This document shows, piece after piece, positions 55,982 to 64,000 of a DNA stretch of 64,000 nucleotides (position 1 is its first letter; each line of letters begins with the position of its first letter). The position numbers and the translations under genes are program-made. The notes under the pieces are model-generated. The model was not told the origin of the DNA. It saw nothing but the letters and a program-made list of their open reading frames with translations, and did no database searches. The stretch is taken from IMG/VR virus record IMGVR_UViG_2630968748_000003; one strand, written 5' to 3'. The DNA comes from a virus.

Positions 55982-56794
55982 CTAATTAATAAGGTTTTCC
56001 ATGCTTGTAATTTCCCCTAGTGTTGCAGTTTTTCGACAATAAGCACATTTACCACAACGTATTGGTACTTCAAATCCGCTCTTTACTTTTTCAAATCTTG
56101 GCTGAAGTGTTTCAATCTCTTCTTGGGCCTCTGCTAGTCGCTTCTTAGGAATCGAGATAACAGCCTTTGCGGGTATTTCTTGTTTACTTACTGCAATAAT
56201 ATAAGGTGTACACATGACTCCATATTGTTGATAAATTAATTGCTGGTATACATACATTTGCAACGGATAATTATATTCGTCCATAAATGATTGCCACATA
56301 CGTTTTTCTTCGTTCCAATATTTACGGTCTATTTCCCTAGTTGTTTTTAAATCAAGAAATATTTTGCGGTCTAGGTTCAAACAATCAATTTTGCCTTTCC
56401 AATTAACGCCTTCAATTTGGCCTTTAACGATTGCCTCTTTTTTGCCCTGATAAAGATTGTTAAACATTGGATCATCAGTAAGCGTTGCAATCATTGAGTC
56501 AGCAACCTGATAATCTTTTAACAGTGTGCCCCGCTTTGTGAACATGTCACCTTCGTGTTGTTTAATGAAATTCTCGTGAGCCGTATGGCTTTCAAAGTAA
56601 GAATGCAAGTAATTGCCAACCAATAGAGCTTTTTGGTTTATATCTGGTTTGTATATATCATTTAGTTGTGCCACAGTTGCAGCTTCACATTTTTCGAAGT
56701 TCTTGAAAAATGTTGCCGATTGATAATACCTATCTGATTCAATTGAATAATATGTTTCTTTATTCAGAGTCTTTTGAATTGGTTGTTGAGTCAT
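55982..56794 (-). CDS. DUF3799-like exonuclease (copy 2)
   Basis: Identical to copy 1. Confidence 0.88.
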   Translation of the reverse strand: MTQQPIQKTLNKETYYSIESDRYYQSATFFKNFEKCEAATVAQLNDIYKPDINQKALLVGNYLHSYFESHTAHENFIKQHEGDMFTKRGTLLKDYQVADSMIATLTDDPMFNNLYQGKKEAIVKGQIEGVNWKGKIDCLNLDRKIFLDLKTTREIDRKYWNEEKRMWQSFMDEYNYPLQMYVYQQLIYQQYGVMCTPYIIAVSKQEIPAKAVISIPKKRLAEAQEEIETLQPRFEKVKSGFEVPIRCGKCAYCRKTATLGEITSMENLIN

Positions 56795-57572
56795 TGACGT
56801 TTGCCTCCGTTGCATTTCCATTGATCAGCTGACTAACATCAGTTGCGGGCTCTTGTTCTTGTGCTTCAATATCTTTGATGTCGTTTGTGCTGATTGTTGT
56901 TGCCTGCTCGTCGCTCTCGTAAGCTTTTTGCATTTCCACACTCATCGGTCCCCATTTACTGATTAAGTTTCTTAGAACCGTTTTGAGTGCCATTGCGTCA
57001 AAGTTAGTTGCCCAAACACCACTCGGTTTTGACTTTCCACTCATTTTTGAAAAATTTTGTCTGTGGTCATCAATTTGTTTACGTGTCCAGTACACAGTTT
57101 TTTCGAAGCCACTAGTTAACTCAAAGTAACCAACGTATCCAACGGGTTTTTCAGAGGAATCACGATCCTTAAAATGAGGTTCATAATCCAATTGCTCGGT
57201 TAACGGGTTGTAACTTTGAAACTCGTCTTCATACACTGCGACGGCGTTCAGATGTTTGTACTGCCCGGTTCTCTGTGCCAATTGGATATATCCTTTGTAA
57301 CCCATCTGAGGTTGTGCCTTACCGCCATATGGAACTAACCACATGTATCCCAAGTCTTGATTAATTGGCAAGTCTAAACTGGCTGCCACCATAGCCGAGG
57401 CAACAACGCTCATTTGATCAACATTCTTCAAAGATTGATTACTATTCACAACATTAATAAGTGATGTAACAAATTGAGCTGATTTGTTACCTAACACAGA
57501 TTCAAATTTTTCAACGATCTTTGGTTCTTTTACTAATGTCTGGATTGGTAATTTTGCTAAATTGTTTACCAT
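56760..57572 (-). CDS. recT: RecT (copy 2)
   Basis: Identical to copy 1. Confidence 0.95.
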   Translation of the reverse strand: MVNNLAKLPIQTLVKEPKIVEKFESVLGNKSAQFVTSLINVVNSNQSLKNVDQMSVVASAMVAASLDLPINQDLGYMWLVPYGGKAQPQMGYKGYIQLAQRTGQYKHLNAVAVYEDEFQSYNPLTEQLDYEPHFKDRDSSEKPVGYVGYFELTSGFEKTVYWTRKQIDDHRQNFSKMSGKSKPSGVWATNFDAMALKTVLRNLISKWGPMSVEMQKAYESDEQATTISTNDIKDIEAQEQEPATDVSQLINGNATEANVNDSTTNSKDSE

Positions 57573-57576
57573 TTTT

Positions 57577-58215
57577 TTATCCCCTTTTTCTTATTGTGTT
57601 AAAATGAACATATGATTTTTTTGAAGTATTCCTGTCCTTTGCCATTGCAGTGGCAAGGGACTTTTTTTGTTCCCAATACAAGTTGTAAATATCTTTTGTT
57701 GGTACTCTCTCAAAGCCCCAACGACCGACGTTTACAACTCTCGGGTATCTTGTTGAACAACACTTTGTAATTGCTGTGTATGCCAAGCCCGTTTTGATTG
57801 AGGCTTGTCGGCAACTCTCGAAAATTCCTTGTATAATTCCGTTCTCGTCGAACCAAACTATTGAGGTATCTTTTACCGAGTAACCAAACTCGTATGCTTT
57901 TCGTCTGCGTTGATTTTCACTTATCGTGATCCATTCCAAATTGTCTGCTCTGTTGTCTTTGGTGTTTCCGTTTAAGTGATCCACAACAAGCACTTTGTCT
58001 GTTTCCGGCTTGATGCAAAACAACTCGGCAACTAACCTGTGAACGTCAAAGGTTCTGATTTTTCCGTTGTCATCTCGAAAGGACGTTTTCAAGTAAGCAG
58101 TCCGTCGTCCGGGTTTTGACAACTTCCGAATTTGTCCGGTTACTGTACTTTTGACTCTTCCAAGGTTTGAAACCTCATATCGTTCAAAATTAGGCACTTT
58201 TTTCCATTGCTCCAT
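57577..58215 (-). CDS. NUMOD4-HNH endonuclease (copy 2)
   Basis: Identical to copy 1. Confidence 0.92.
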   Translation of the reverse strand: MEQWKKVPNFERYEVSNLGRVKSTVTGQIRKLSKPGRRTAYLKTSFRDDNGKIRTFDVHRLVAELFCIKPETDKVLVVDHLNGNTKDNRADNLEWITISENQRRRKAYEFGYSVKDTSIVWFDENGIIQGIFESCRQASIKTGLAYTAITKCCSTRYPRVVNVGRWGFERVPTKDIYNLYWEQKKSLATAMAKDRNTSKKSYVHFNTIRKRG

Positions 58216-58217
58216 AT

Positions 58218-58340
58218 CTACCACCCGTTCTCTTCGTCGCAAGGTTCTGCACCGGGGTAATATGGTTCGCTTTCTTCCTCTGTTTGAGTTAGTGATCCGT
58301 AGGCTGTTTCATCTTGTAGCCATTCATCAAACCTGTTCAT
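58218..58340 (-). CDS. Small acidic protein (copy 2)
   Basis: Copy of 25761..25883. Confidence 0.6.
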   Translation of the reverse strand: MNRFDEWLQDETAYGSLTQTEEESEPYYPGAEPCDEENGW

Positions 58341-58554
58341 GTGTTTGCCCCTCTTTCTTGTAAATGTTTTCTCTGAAATTCTTATCTCCTGCTTTGTTTT
58401 CTGGTTCGTCGTGATCCATTCCGTAAAAATCTGTAATATTTTCAATAATTCCTTTGAACGACTTGTACTTTGTAAATAAATAAGTGATTAAACTTGATAC
58501 TCCTGCGATCACAATTGCATTACTGATTAGCTGTTCGAGTGTGACTTTTATCAT
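58327..58554 (-). CDS. Small TM protein (copy 2)
   Basis: Copy of 25870..26097. Confidence 0.65.
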   Translation of the reverse strand: MIKVTLEQLISNAIVIAGVSSLITYLFTKYKSFKGIIENITDFYGMDHDEPENKAGDKNFRENIYKKEGQTHEQV

Positions 58555-58592
58555 GTTTCCTCCTGTTGTTGTCGTTCCTGTTCCCACATTTT

Positions 58593-58859
58593 TTAATGAT
58601 TGAGCATAAATTCGTCTAGCTCTTTTTTGTAATACCTAACAACACCTTTTACCGTGTGACTTGGTAAACCCTCCAAGATAAAACCGTCAAATGTGTTGTT
58701 TGAAACGTTCATATATTTAACTGCTTCGTATTTCTTCATATATGTTTTTGCAATCAGTCCGTTATCTCTTTTAAAATCGGCAACTGCCTTTCCAACAACT
58801 CCATATACTGATTTCATCAATTCGTGCTCTTGCTGTTCGGTCAAAGTTATTTCCATCAT
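58593..58859 (-). CDS. Excisionase-like protein (copy 2)
   Basis: Identical to copy 1. Confidence 0.75.
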   Translation of the reverse strand: MMEITLTEQQEHELMKSVYGVVGKAVADFKRDNGLIAKTYMKKYEAVKYMNVSNNTFDGFILEGLPSHTVKGVVRYYKKELDEFMLNH

Positions 58860-59053
58860 TCGGCCTCCTGTTGCAAGTAGTAAGTTTCCATTACCGAGAT
58901 TCCAGATTTTATTTCATTGATAAGTTCCAAGCTTGTACAATCTCGCTTGCGATCCGTGTTGTATACCGGTCTTCCTGTAAACAATGCGTCCACATACTCA
59001 CCTACAATCTCCTGTGCTGTCGAAAAATTCTCGTACGTCACTTTCATAATCAT
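58856..59053 (-). CDS. Hypothetical protein (copy 2)
   Basis: Copy of 26399..26596. Confidence 0.65.
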   Translation of the reverse strand: MIMKVTYENFSTAQEIVGEYVDALFTGRPVYNTDRKRDCTSLELINEIKSGISVMETYYLQQEAE

Positions 59054-59058
59054 TCCTC

Positions 59059-59787
59059 CTATCTAGAAATAACTGAGTTATTTTCCAGAAACTTATTAAT
59101 AAAATATTGTTGGCCCTTACCAGTAACTTTTGGAGTTTTTGTTACTACCGTGACTCCGTCTGAATTAACATGGCTTGACTCTTTAATCTTGAATAAGCCT
59201 AAGTCCATCGATTTTTGAGTTGGAGAATTATAATCTGCGCCTTTGCGTTTGATTAAGTACCCGTTATCTCTCATCCATTGGAATAAACGTCTTGCACCAG
59301 TATCAACACCATTACCTTTGATGATTTTGGCAAGATCACCAACTAAGATAGTGGTATGTGATGTTGCTACCGAATCTGCAAATATTGCCTTAGGTTTCAT
59401 CACTTCTAACTGTTCCTGTTGGTCTGCCGCCAAACGTAAAGCTTCAGCCATTGTCGATGGAATTTTGAAACCACCTGTTTTGATTTGCTCTTCCATCTTG
59501 TTAAAGGCCTCAATATATTGCATCTTGAATCTAAGAGCTTTTTTGCCTGTGAATCCCATAGCTAATAATGTGAAGCCGTCTCGATTCATGTAATACATTG
59601 GGTATTGTTTTCCGCGATTTTCATGTGTAGATTTTAAAAATATTTGGCTGCTCAAAACTGAGCTGTCAGATTCCAATAGATGTTCGATGTCACGAATTAT
59701 ATTTTTATGTTCTTTATTAAACGTTTCTGCAACTTGTAAACTGCTAGTTACTGCTTGTTGATCTTTCATAATTACTAAATCGTTCAT
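59059..59787 (-). CDS. Antirepressor (copy 2)
   Basis: Identical to copy 1. Confidence 0.92.
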   Translation of the reverse strand: MNDLVIMKDQQAVTSSLQVAETFNKEHKNIIRDIEHLLESDSSVLSSQIFLKSTHENRGKQYPMYYMNRDGFTLLAMGFTGKKALRFKMQYIEAFNKMEEQIKTGGFKIPSTMAEALRLAADQQEQLEVMKPKAIFADSVATSHTTILVGDLAKIIKGNGVDTGARRLFQWMRDNGYLIKRKGADYNSPTQKSMDLGLFKIKESSHVNSDGVTVVTKTPKVTGKGQQYFINKFLENNSVISR

Positions 59788-59837
59788 TTTTTATTTTTCC
59801 CTTCCTAAAACTTTTGATTCGCAATTATATTTTTCAA

Positions 59838-60074
59838 TCAATGAATCCGTTCTTTATTGGGAACGTCCTTTGTAAAAAAAATCCCGAGCTCATCCCTTGA
59901 GAATCCAAGAATAGTGGCCATTTTAGCTAATTCATCAGCACCAATCGATACGAAACCATTTTCACGTTTTGCATAGGGTGTTCTTGTGCTCCAGCCCATG
60001 CGACTCGCCATTTGATCTTGTGTGATTCCTCTTGCAATTCGTTCTGCTTTTAATCTTCTCAAATTGATTGTCAT
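59838..60074 (-). CDS. cro: Cro-like repressor (copy 2)
   Basis: Identical to copy 1. Confidence 0.88.
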   Translation of the reverse strand: MTINLRRLKAERIARGITQDQMASRMGWSTRTPYAKRENGFVSIGADELAKMATILGFSRDELGIFFTKDVPNKERIH

Positions 60075-60264
60075 TGTCAATCACCTCCGTTCTCTTTCGA
60101 GTACGATACTTACTATAAAGGGTATGTTCTCGTTTGTCAACACTTTTTGCTAAATTAAATACATAAAGATGTTTTATTCCTATGTATTGTATTCTTTTGG
60201 GAACGATGATATAATAGAAACATGTTAAGGAAACATAGTATTTAAATAGTTTTAGGAGAAAATT

Positions 60265-60879
60265 ATGAGAACTAACGATGAAATTATGAATATATTAGAT
60301 GATTTAAAATCAAAACAAAATTTATCTATAAGTGAAATAGCACGCAGAACCGGTATGGCTAAATCAGCTGTTTCCAGATATTTTAATAGAACAAGAGAAT
60401 TCCCTTTAAATCGCGTAAATGATTTTGCCAAAGCATTTCATATAGAACCTGATTATTTATTGAATATCGATAACTCTCAATCTCCTAAGCATAAAACTGC
60501 AATGATTCCTATACTAGGCGAAATTGCATGTGGAGATCCAATAACTGCAGAAGAAAATATAGAAGGATATTTGGAGGAGCCTGAGGACTCGCTCCCAAGT
60601 GGTACCGTATTCTATCTAGTTGCTAAAGGTCATTCAATGGAGCCTACCATCCCTAATGGCTCCAATGTCTTAATTAGAGAGCAACCAGAAGTTGAGGACG
60701 ATGAAATAGCTGCAGTCCTAGTTAATAGTGATACAGAAGCAACTTTGAAACGGGTTAAACATTCTGGGAACATTGTAATGCTTATGCCAGATAACAAGGA
60801 CTATGATCCAATTATAGTAACCAAAGACAGCCCTGCTCGTATTCTTGGCAAAGCAATCAGATATACAACTGAACTGTAG
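60265..60879 (+). CDS. cI: CI repressor (copy 2)
   Basis: Identical to copy 1. Confidence 0.95.
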   Translation: MRTNDEIMNILDDLKSKQNLSISEIARRTGMAKSAVSRYFNRTREFPLNRVNDFAKAFHIEPDYLLNIDNSQSPKHKTAMIPILGEIACGDPITAEENIEGYLEEPEDSLPSGTVFYLVAKGHSMEPTIPNGSNVLIREQPEVEDDEIAAVLVNSDTEATLKRVKHSGNIVMLMPDNKDYDPIIVTKDSPARILGKAIRYTTEL

Positions 60880-60936
60880 TTTAATGTCCAAACACTGATG
60901 ACAATAAAAGCTGACTATTGGGAGGAATTACAAATT

Positions 60937-61482
60937 ATGAAAAGAGAAGAAAATAAGAAAAAACCTTTCTATAAGAAATGGTGGTTCTGGTTAATCGTTG
61001 CATTTGCAATTATTATTGTAGGAAATACAATCTCCGACAGTGGAAATAAAACAACACCTGAAAGTACAAAGACCGAAAAAACTACCCCGAAAGCTAATAC
61101 AAAAGAAACAAAAGAGGCAGAAAAGAAAGTAAAAAACTTCTTTAAATCTGATGATTCTAAAAAAGAAGATAATGTACCAGCTGAATATAAATCAGCACTA
61201 AATAAAGCTAAAACATATTCGAACCTTATGTATATGTCGAAACAAGGTATTTATGACCAACTAACTTCTGAGTACGGAGATAAATTTTCTGCCGAAGCAG
61301 CACAATATGCTGTAGATAATCTAAAGGCTGACTACAATAAAAATGCACTTAAAAAAGCTAAATCTTATCAAAAAGACCAAGATATGTCATCTGAAGGCAT
61401 TAGAGATCAATTAACATCAGAATATGGCGAAAAGTTTACACAATCTGAGGCGGATTACGCAGTACAGCATTTAAACGACTAG
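60937..61482 (+). CDS. ltp: Ltp-family protein (copy 2)
   Basis: Identical to copy 1. Confidence 0.9.
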   Translation: MKREENKKKPFYKKWWFWLIVAFAIIIVGNTISDSGNKTTPESTKTEKTTPKANTKETKEAEKKVKNFFKSDDSKKEDNVPAEYKSALNKAKTYSNLMYMSKQGIYDQLTSEYGDKFSAEAAQYAVDNLKADYNKNALKKAKSYQKDQDMSSEGIRDQLTSEYGEKFTQSEADYAVQHLND

Positions 61483-61491
61483 GAGCAAATA

Positions 61492-61857
61492 ATGACAAAA
61501 CTACTATGGAAGACTTTTATATTTATAATCAGCTTTATAATAATTGTTAGAGTTTTATTTGATCCATCAATGTTATTTTACACAATTCCTTTTATTATAA
61601 TATTAGCAGTAATATTATTGGGATTATATAAATTTGGAAGGCCCTATTTTGATAAGATGCTTGGATTTTTAAAAGTAAAAACTCCAGAATTAACAAAAAA
61701 TGTATCTCAAAAAACCACAGGATACATTAAAGAAAAAAGCACTGAAAAGAAAAATAAAAAACTGGATTTAGATAAATTAGAAGAAATGCATAAACTTGTT
61801 GAAAAAGGTGTTTTAACACAAGAAGAATTTAACAAGAAAAAAGAGGAAATGCTATAA
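61492..61857 (+). CDS. SHOCT membrane protein (copy 2)
   Basis: Identical to copy 1. Confidence 0.85.
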   Translation: MTKLLWKTFIFIISFIIIVRVLFDPSMLFYTIPFIIILAVILLGLYKFGRPYFDKMLGFLKVKTPELTKNVSQKTTGYIKEKSTEKKNKKLDLDKLEEMHKLVEKGVLTQEEFNKKKEEML

Positions 61858-61925
61858 ATTCTCATTAAATAAGCCACCCTAGGCTTATTTATTTTTACTC
61901 AAATTACGTTTTTGGAGGTGTAATT

Positions 61926-62166
61926 ATGGCTCAAATATACAAAAAGCAAGGTTCTTGGGCTTTTCACGTTTACTACAAAGATGATCAAGGAAAACGCAAA
62001 TAGCCCTCTTCAAACACAAGAGGACGCAATGAACGATAAACTACTACCAAAGAAAAAAACACAAGGTGTAGTAGTGTTTGAATTAGAAAACACAAATAAA
62101 GTAACAGTTAAATTTTCTAATTCTGATTTCAAGAATATTGGATCAAAAACTTATAATGTTCAATAG
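61926..62166 (+). pseudogene. Integrase-fragment / lipoprotein-fragment scar (copy 2)
   Basis: Copy of 29469..29709. Confidence 0.6.
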
Positions 62167-62219
62167 CATTTAATTGTTCATGTCGTTTCTTCCCTGTTCC
62201 CACGGTGGGAGACTAAAAT

Positions 62220-63380
62220 ATGACGAAAATAAAAAAATACACAAAAAAAGACGGATCAACCGCCTACAAATTTAATATTTATTTAGGTATTGATCCGAAA
62301 ACCGGAAAGAGCAAAAGAACAAATCGACATTTTGCAACTCTCAAAGAAGCAAAAGTTGAATTAAAAAAACTAGAGTATCAAGCGACACAAGGAATTATAG
62401 AACATAAAGAAACAAATATAACCTTTGAAGAGGTTTATAATGAATGGTTCGAGGGGTATGTGAATACTGTTCGTGAAAGTACGTGGTACAAAAAGAAAAA
62501 GATTTTTGAAAATCACATATTACCGGCATTTGGCAAATATCGAATTAGATCAATCACTACTGCTCAAATACAAAGTGAGCTAAACAAATGGTTTAAGTCG
62601 ACTACCAACAATTTCAAACCTTGGTTTTATTACACCAGTGCTATTTTCAAATATGCTATTCAGCAACAGTACATTACTGACAACCCAGCTAAAAGAGTTA
62701 TCATGCCACGAAAAACTGAACATATTGAAAAAGAACCAAACTTTTGGAATAAAGATGAGTTGAAAACCTTTTTCGATTTTATTGATTCAAAAAAAGAGTT
62801 AGAACGTTACACATTGTTTAGAATACTTGCATTCACTGGTATTAGACGTGGTGAATGTTTAGCATTAACGTGGAATGACTTTAACAACACCGAAAACATT
62901 TTGCAAATCAACAAAACACTGACGCAAGGTATTGGAGGAAAGCAGATAATTCAAGACACAAAGACAATTAAGGGAACTCGTACCATTCCCCTAGATACAA
63001 CCACAATTAAATATTTAAACCTCTGGAGAATTCAGGATCGCAAGGAATTGTTGAAAATGGGTTTTAATATTGGTAAAGGTTCACAGTTAATTTTTCATAG
63101 TAATACTAATCACTTTAAATCATTAAATACTCCAAAGAAATGGTTAGATTTAATAATGAAACGTGTGAACAGTGAACAAACTTTATTACACCCAATAACC
63201 ATACATGGTTTTAGACATTCCTACGCAAGTGCATTGTTTGCCTCAGGAGCAACTATTAAAGAGGCTCAAACATTGTTAGGACATGAGGACGCTCAAACAA
63301 CATTAAACATATACACTCACGTAACAGCAGATCAAAACAAAGAAGCAACGGAAAAACTGGTTAAGTTCCTGAACTTCTAA
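62220..63380 (+). CDS. int: Tyrosine integrase (copy 2)
   Basis: Identical to copy 1. Confidence 0.98.
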   Translation: MTKIKKYTKKDGSTAYKFNIYLGIDPKTGKSKRTNRHFATLKEAKVELKKLEYQATQGIIEHKETNITFEEVYNEWFEGYVNTVRESTWYKKKKIFENHILPAFGKYRIRSITTAQIQSELNKWFKSTTNNFKPWFYYTSAIFKYAIQQQYITDNPAKRVIMPRKTEHIEKEPNFWNKDELKTFFDFIDSKKELERYTLFRILAFTGIRRGECLALTWNDFNNTENILQINKTLTQGIGGKQIIQDTKTIKGTRTIPLDTTTIKYLNLWRIQDRKELLKMGFNIGKGSQLIFHSNTNHFKSLNTPKKWLDLIMKRVNSEQTLLHPITIHGFRHSYASALFASGATIKEAQTLLGHEDAQTTLNIYTHVTADQNKEATEKLVKFLNF

Positions 63381-63469
63381 ATGGTACTCAAAATGGTACC
63401 TAAGCGAAAAAACAGCCCTTGAGAAGCCTTGTAACTACTGATATATCGGGAGTTATTAAAATTAGTATC

Positions 63470-63487
63470 CGATTCCCCTCATCTCCA
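63470..63487 (+). other. attR core; displaced 3' end of tmRNA (ssrA)
   Basis: CGATTCCCCT-CATCTCC-A fits a T-arm 3' half plus an acceptor strand pairing with GGGGATG (G3-U70); the phage repeat ends here. Confidence 0.8.
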
Positions 63488-63497
63488 TATTTATATT

Positions 63498-63538
63498 AAA
63501 AGACAGTAATCAAGAAATTTTGATTACTGTCTTTTTTT
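63498..63538 (+). terminator. Host terminator, likely the native ssrA terminator
   Basis: Perfect 16-bp stem AAAAGACAGTAATCAA/TTGATTACTGTCTTTT followed by Ts, 10 bp after the core. Confidence 0.88.
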
Positions 63539-63593
63539 CGGTTATTTACACTATATTTGACGTAATTTCTTCTTAGGATGGTTAGTCCTATCA

Positions 63594-63618
63594 AACACGT
63601 GTAAGACGTGTTATATTA
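63594..63618 (+). promoter_or_regulatory. hicAB operator/promoter
   Basis: AACACGT-GTAAG-ACGTGTT inverted repeat next to a TATATT -10-like element. Confidence 0.65.
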
Positions 63619-63637
63619 AATTTGAGGAGAATTACTC

Positions 63638-63835
63638 ATGCCAATGAACCAAAGGCAGATGATAAAGATACTCCGACGTAATGGTTGGTTGCTTATCAAA
63701 AATGCTGGAAAAGGATCCCATGCAAAATTACAAAAAGCTGGTAATAGGCCAATTATCGTTCCCCATGGAGAAATAGATAAATACACTGAACAAAATATTA
63801 TTAAAGCGGCTGGGTTGAAAAATGAACTTGGCTAA
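63638..63835 (+). CDS. hicA: HicA-family mRNA interferase toxin
   Basis: ILRRNGW..GKGSHAKL..IIVPHGE motif. Confidence 0.92.
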   Translation: MPMNQRQMIKILRRNGWLLIKNAGKGSHAKLQKAGNRPIIVPHGEIDKYTEQNIIKAAGLKNELG

Positions 63836-63854
63836 TACAGAAAGGAAAATCATT

Positions 63855-64000
63855 ATGAGAGTAAGTTATCCAGCTATGTTTTTTTTCATTCCAAATGAGA
63901 CAATCCCATATTATATTCATTTTCCTGATTTTAATACATCAGGCACACAAGGCAGAGATGTTAATGATGCATTATATATGGCTGAAGATTGGCTTGGAAT
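63855..64000 (+). CDS. hicB: HicB-family antitoxin (partial, runs off the window)
   Basis: MRVSYPAMFF..YYIHFPDF..TQG..DALYMAEDWLG. Confidence 0.9.
   Translation, partial: MRVSYPAMFFFIPNETIPYYIHFPDFNTSGTQGRDVNDALYMAEDWLG

Larger units (their letters stand above)
31013..63487. mobile_element. Temperate siphophage, copy 2 (complete unit from attP-like junction to attR)
   Basis: Same gene set bounded by two copies of the 18-bp core; sequence becomes non-phage after 63488. Confidence 0.97.
32471..63488 (+). repeat. Near-identical direct repeat of 1..31031
   Basis: Position 1 matches 32471; offset falls from 32470 to 32458 (by 45.05 kb) and 32457 (after 50.2 kb); identity ends at 31031/63488. 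Confidence 0.99.

Overview
Almost the whole window is a head-to-tail tandem of one ~32.47-kb temperate siphophage of a lactic acid bacterium. SLAP-type cell-wall-binding domains in the lysin and Tal suggest a Companilactobacillus-like host (inference). Copy 1 runs from the window start (inside the lysin gene) to an attP-like junction at ~31,013-31,030. Copy 2 runs from that junction to attR at ~63,470-63,487, followed by a strong terminator and a hicAB toxin-antitoxin locus. The att core (CGATTCCCCTCATCTCCA) matches the T-arm/acceptor 3' end of tmRNA. Modules present: tyrosine integrase, ltp and SHOCT-protein genes, cI/cro switch, antirepressor, RecT/DUF3799, replication initiator plus loader, RusA, SSB, ArpU-type late activator, PBSX-type terminase, SPP1-type portal, gp7-like minor capsid, scaffold, capsid, TP901-1-type tail, BppU/RBP baseplate and lysis cassette. 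Copy 2 differs by at least 21 single-base indels, 20 of them at 43.27-46.15 kb, most likely long-read consensus errors. The most interesting signals are: (i) a covarying hairpin-plus-AAAAG RNA motif in triplicate before the scaffold gene and once before ltp; (ii) a probable +1 frameshift on the capsid gene giving a beta-strand tag that completes an FN3-like fold encoded by the next in-frame gene; (iii) a three-way-junction ncRNA, terminator and 28-codon ORF unit beside attP; (iv) a tRNA T-loop module in the late leader; (v) a SLAP-like domain inserted in Tal. All family assignments are by motif recognition, not database search.
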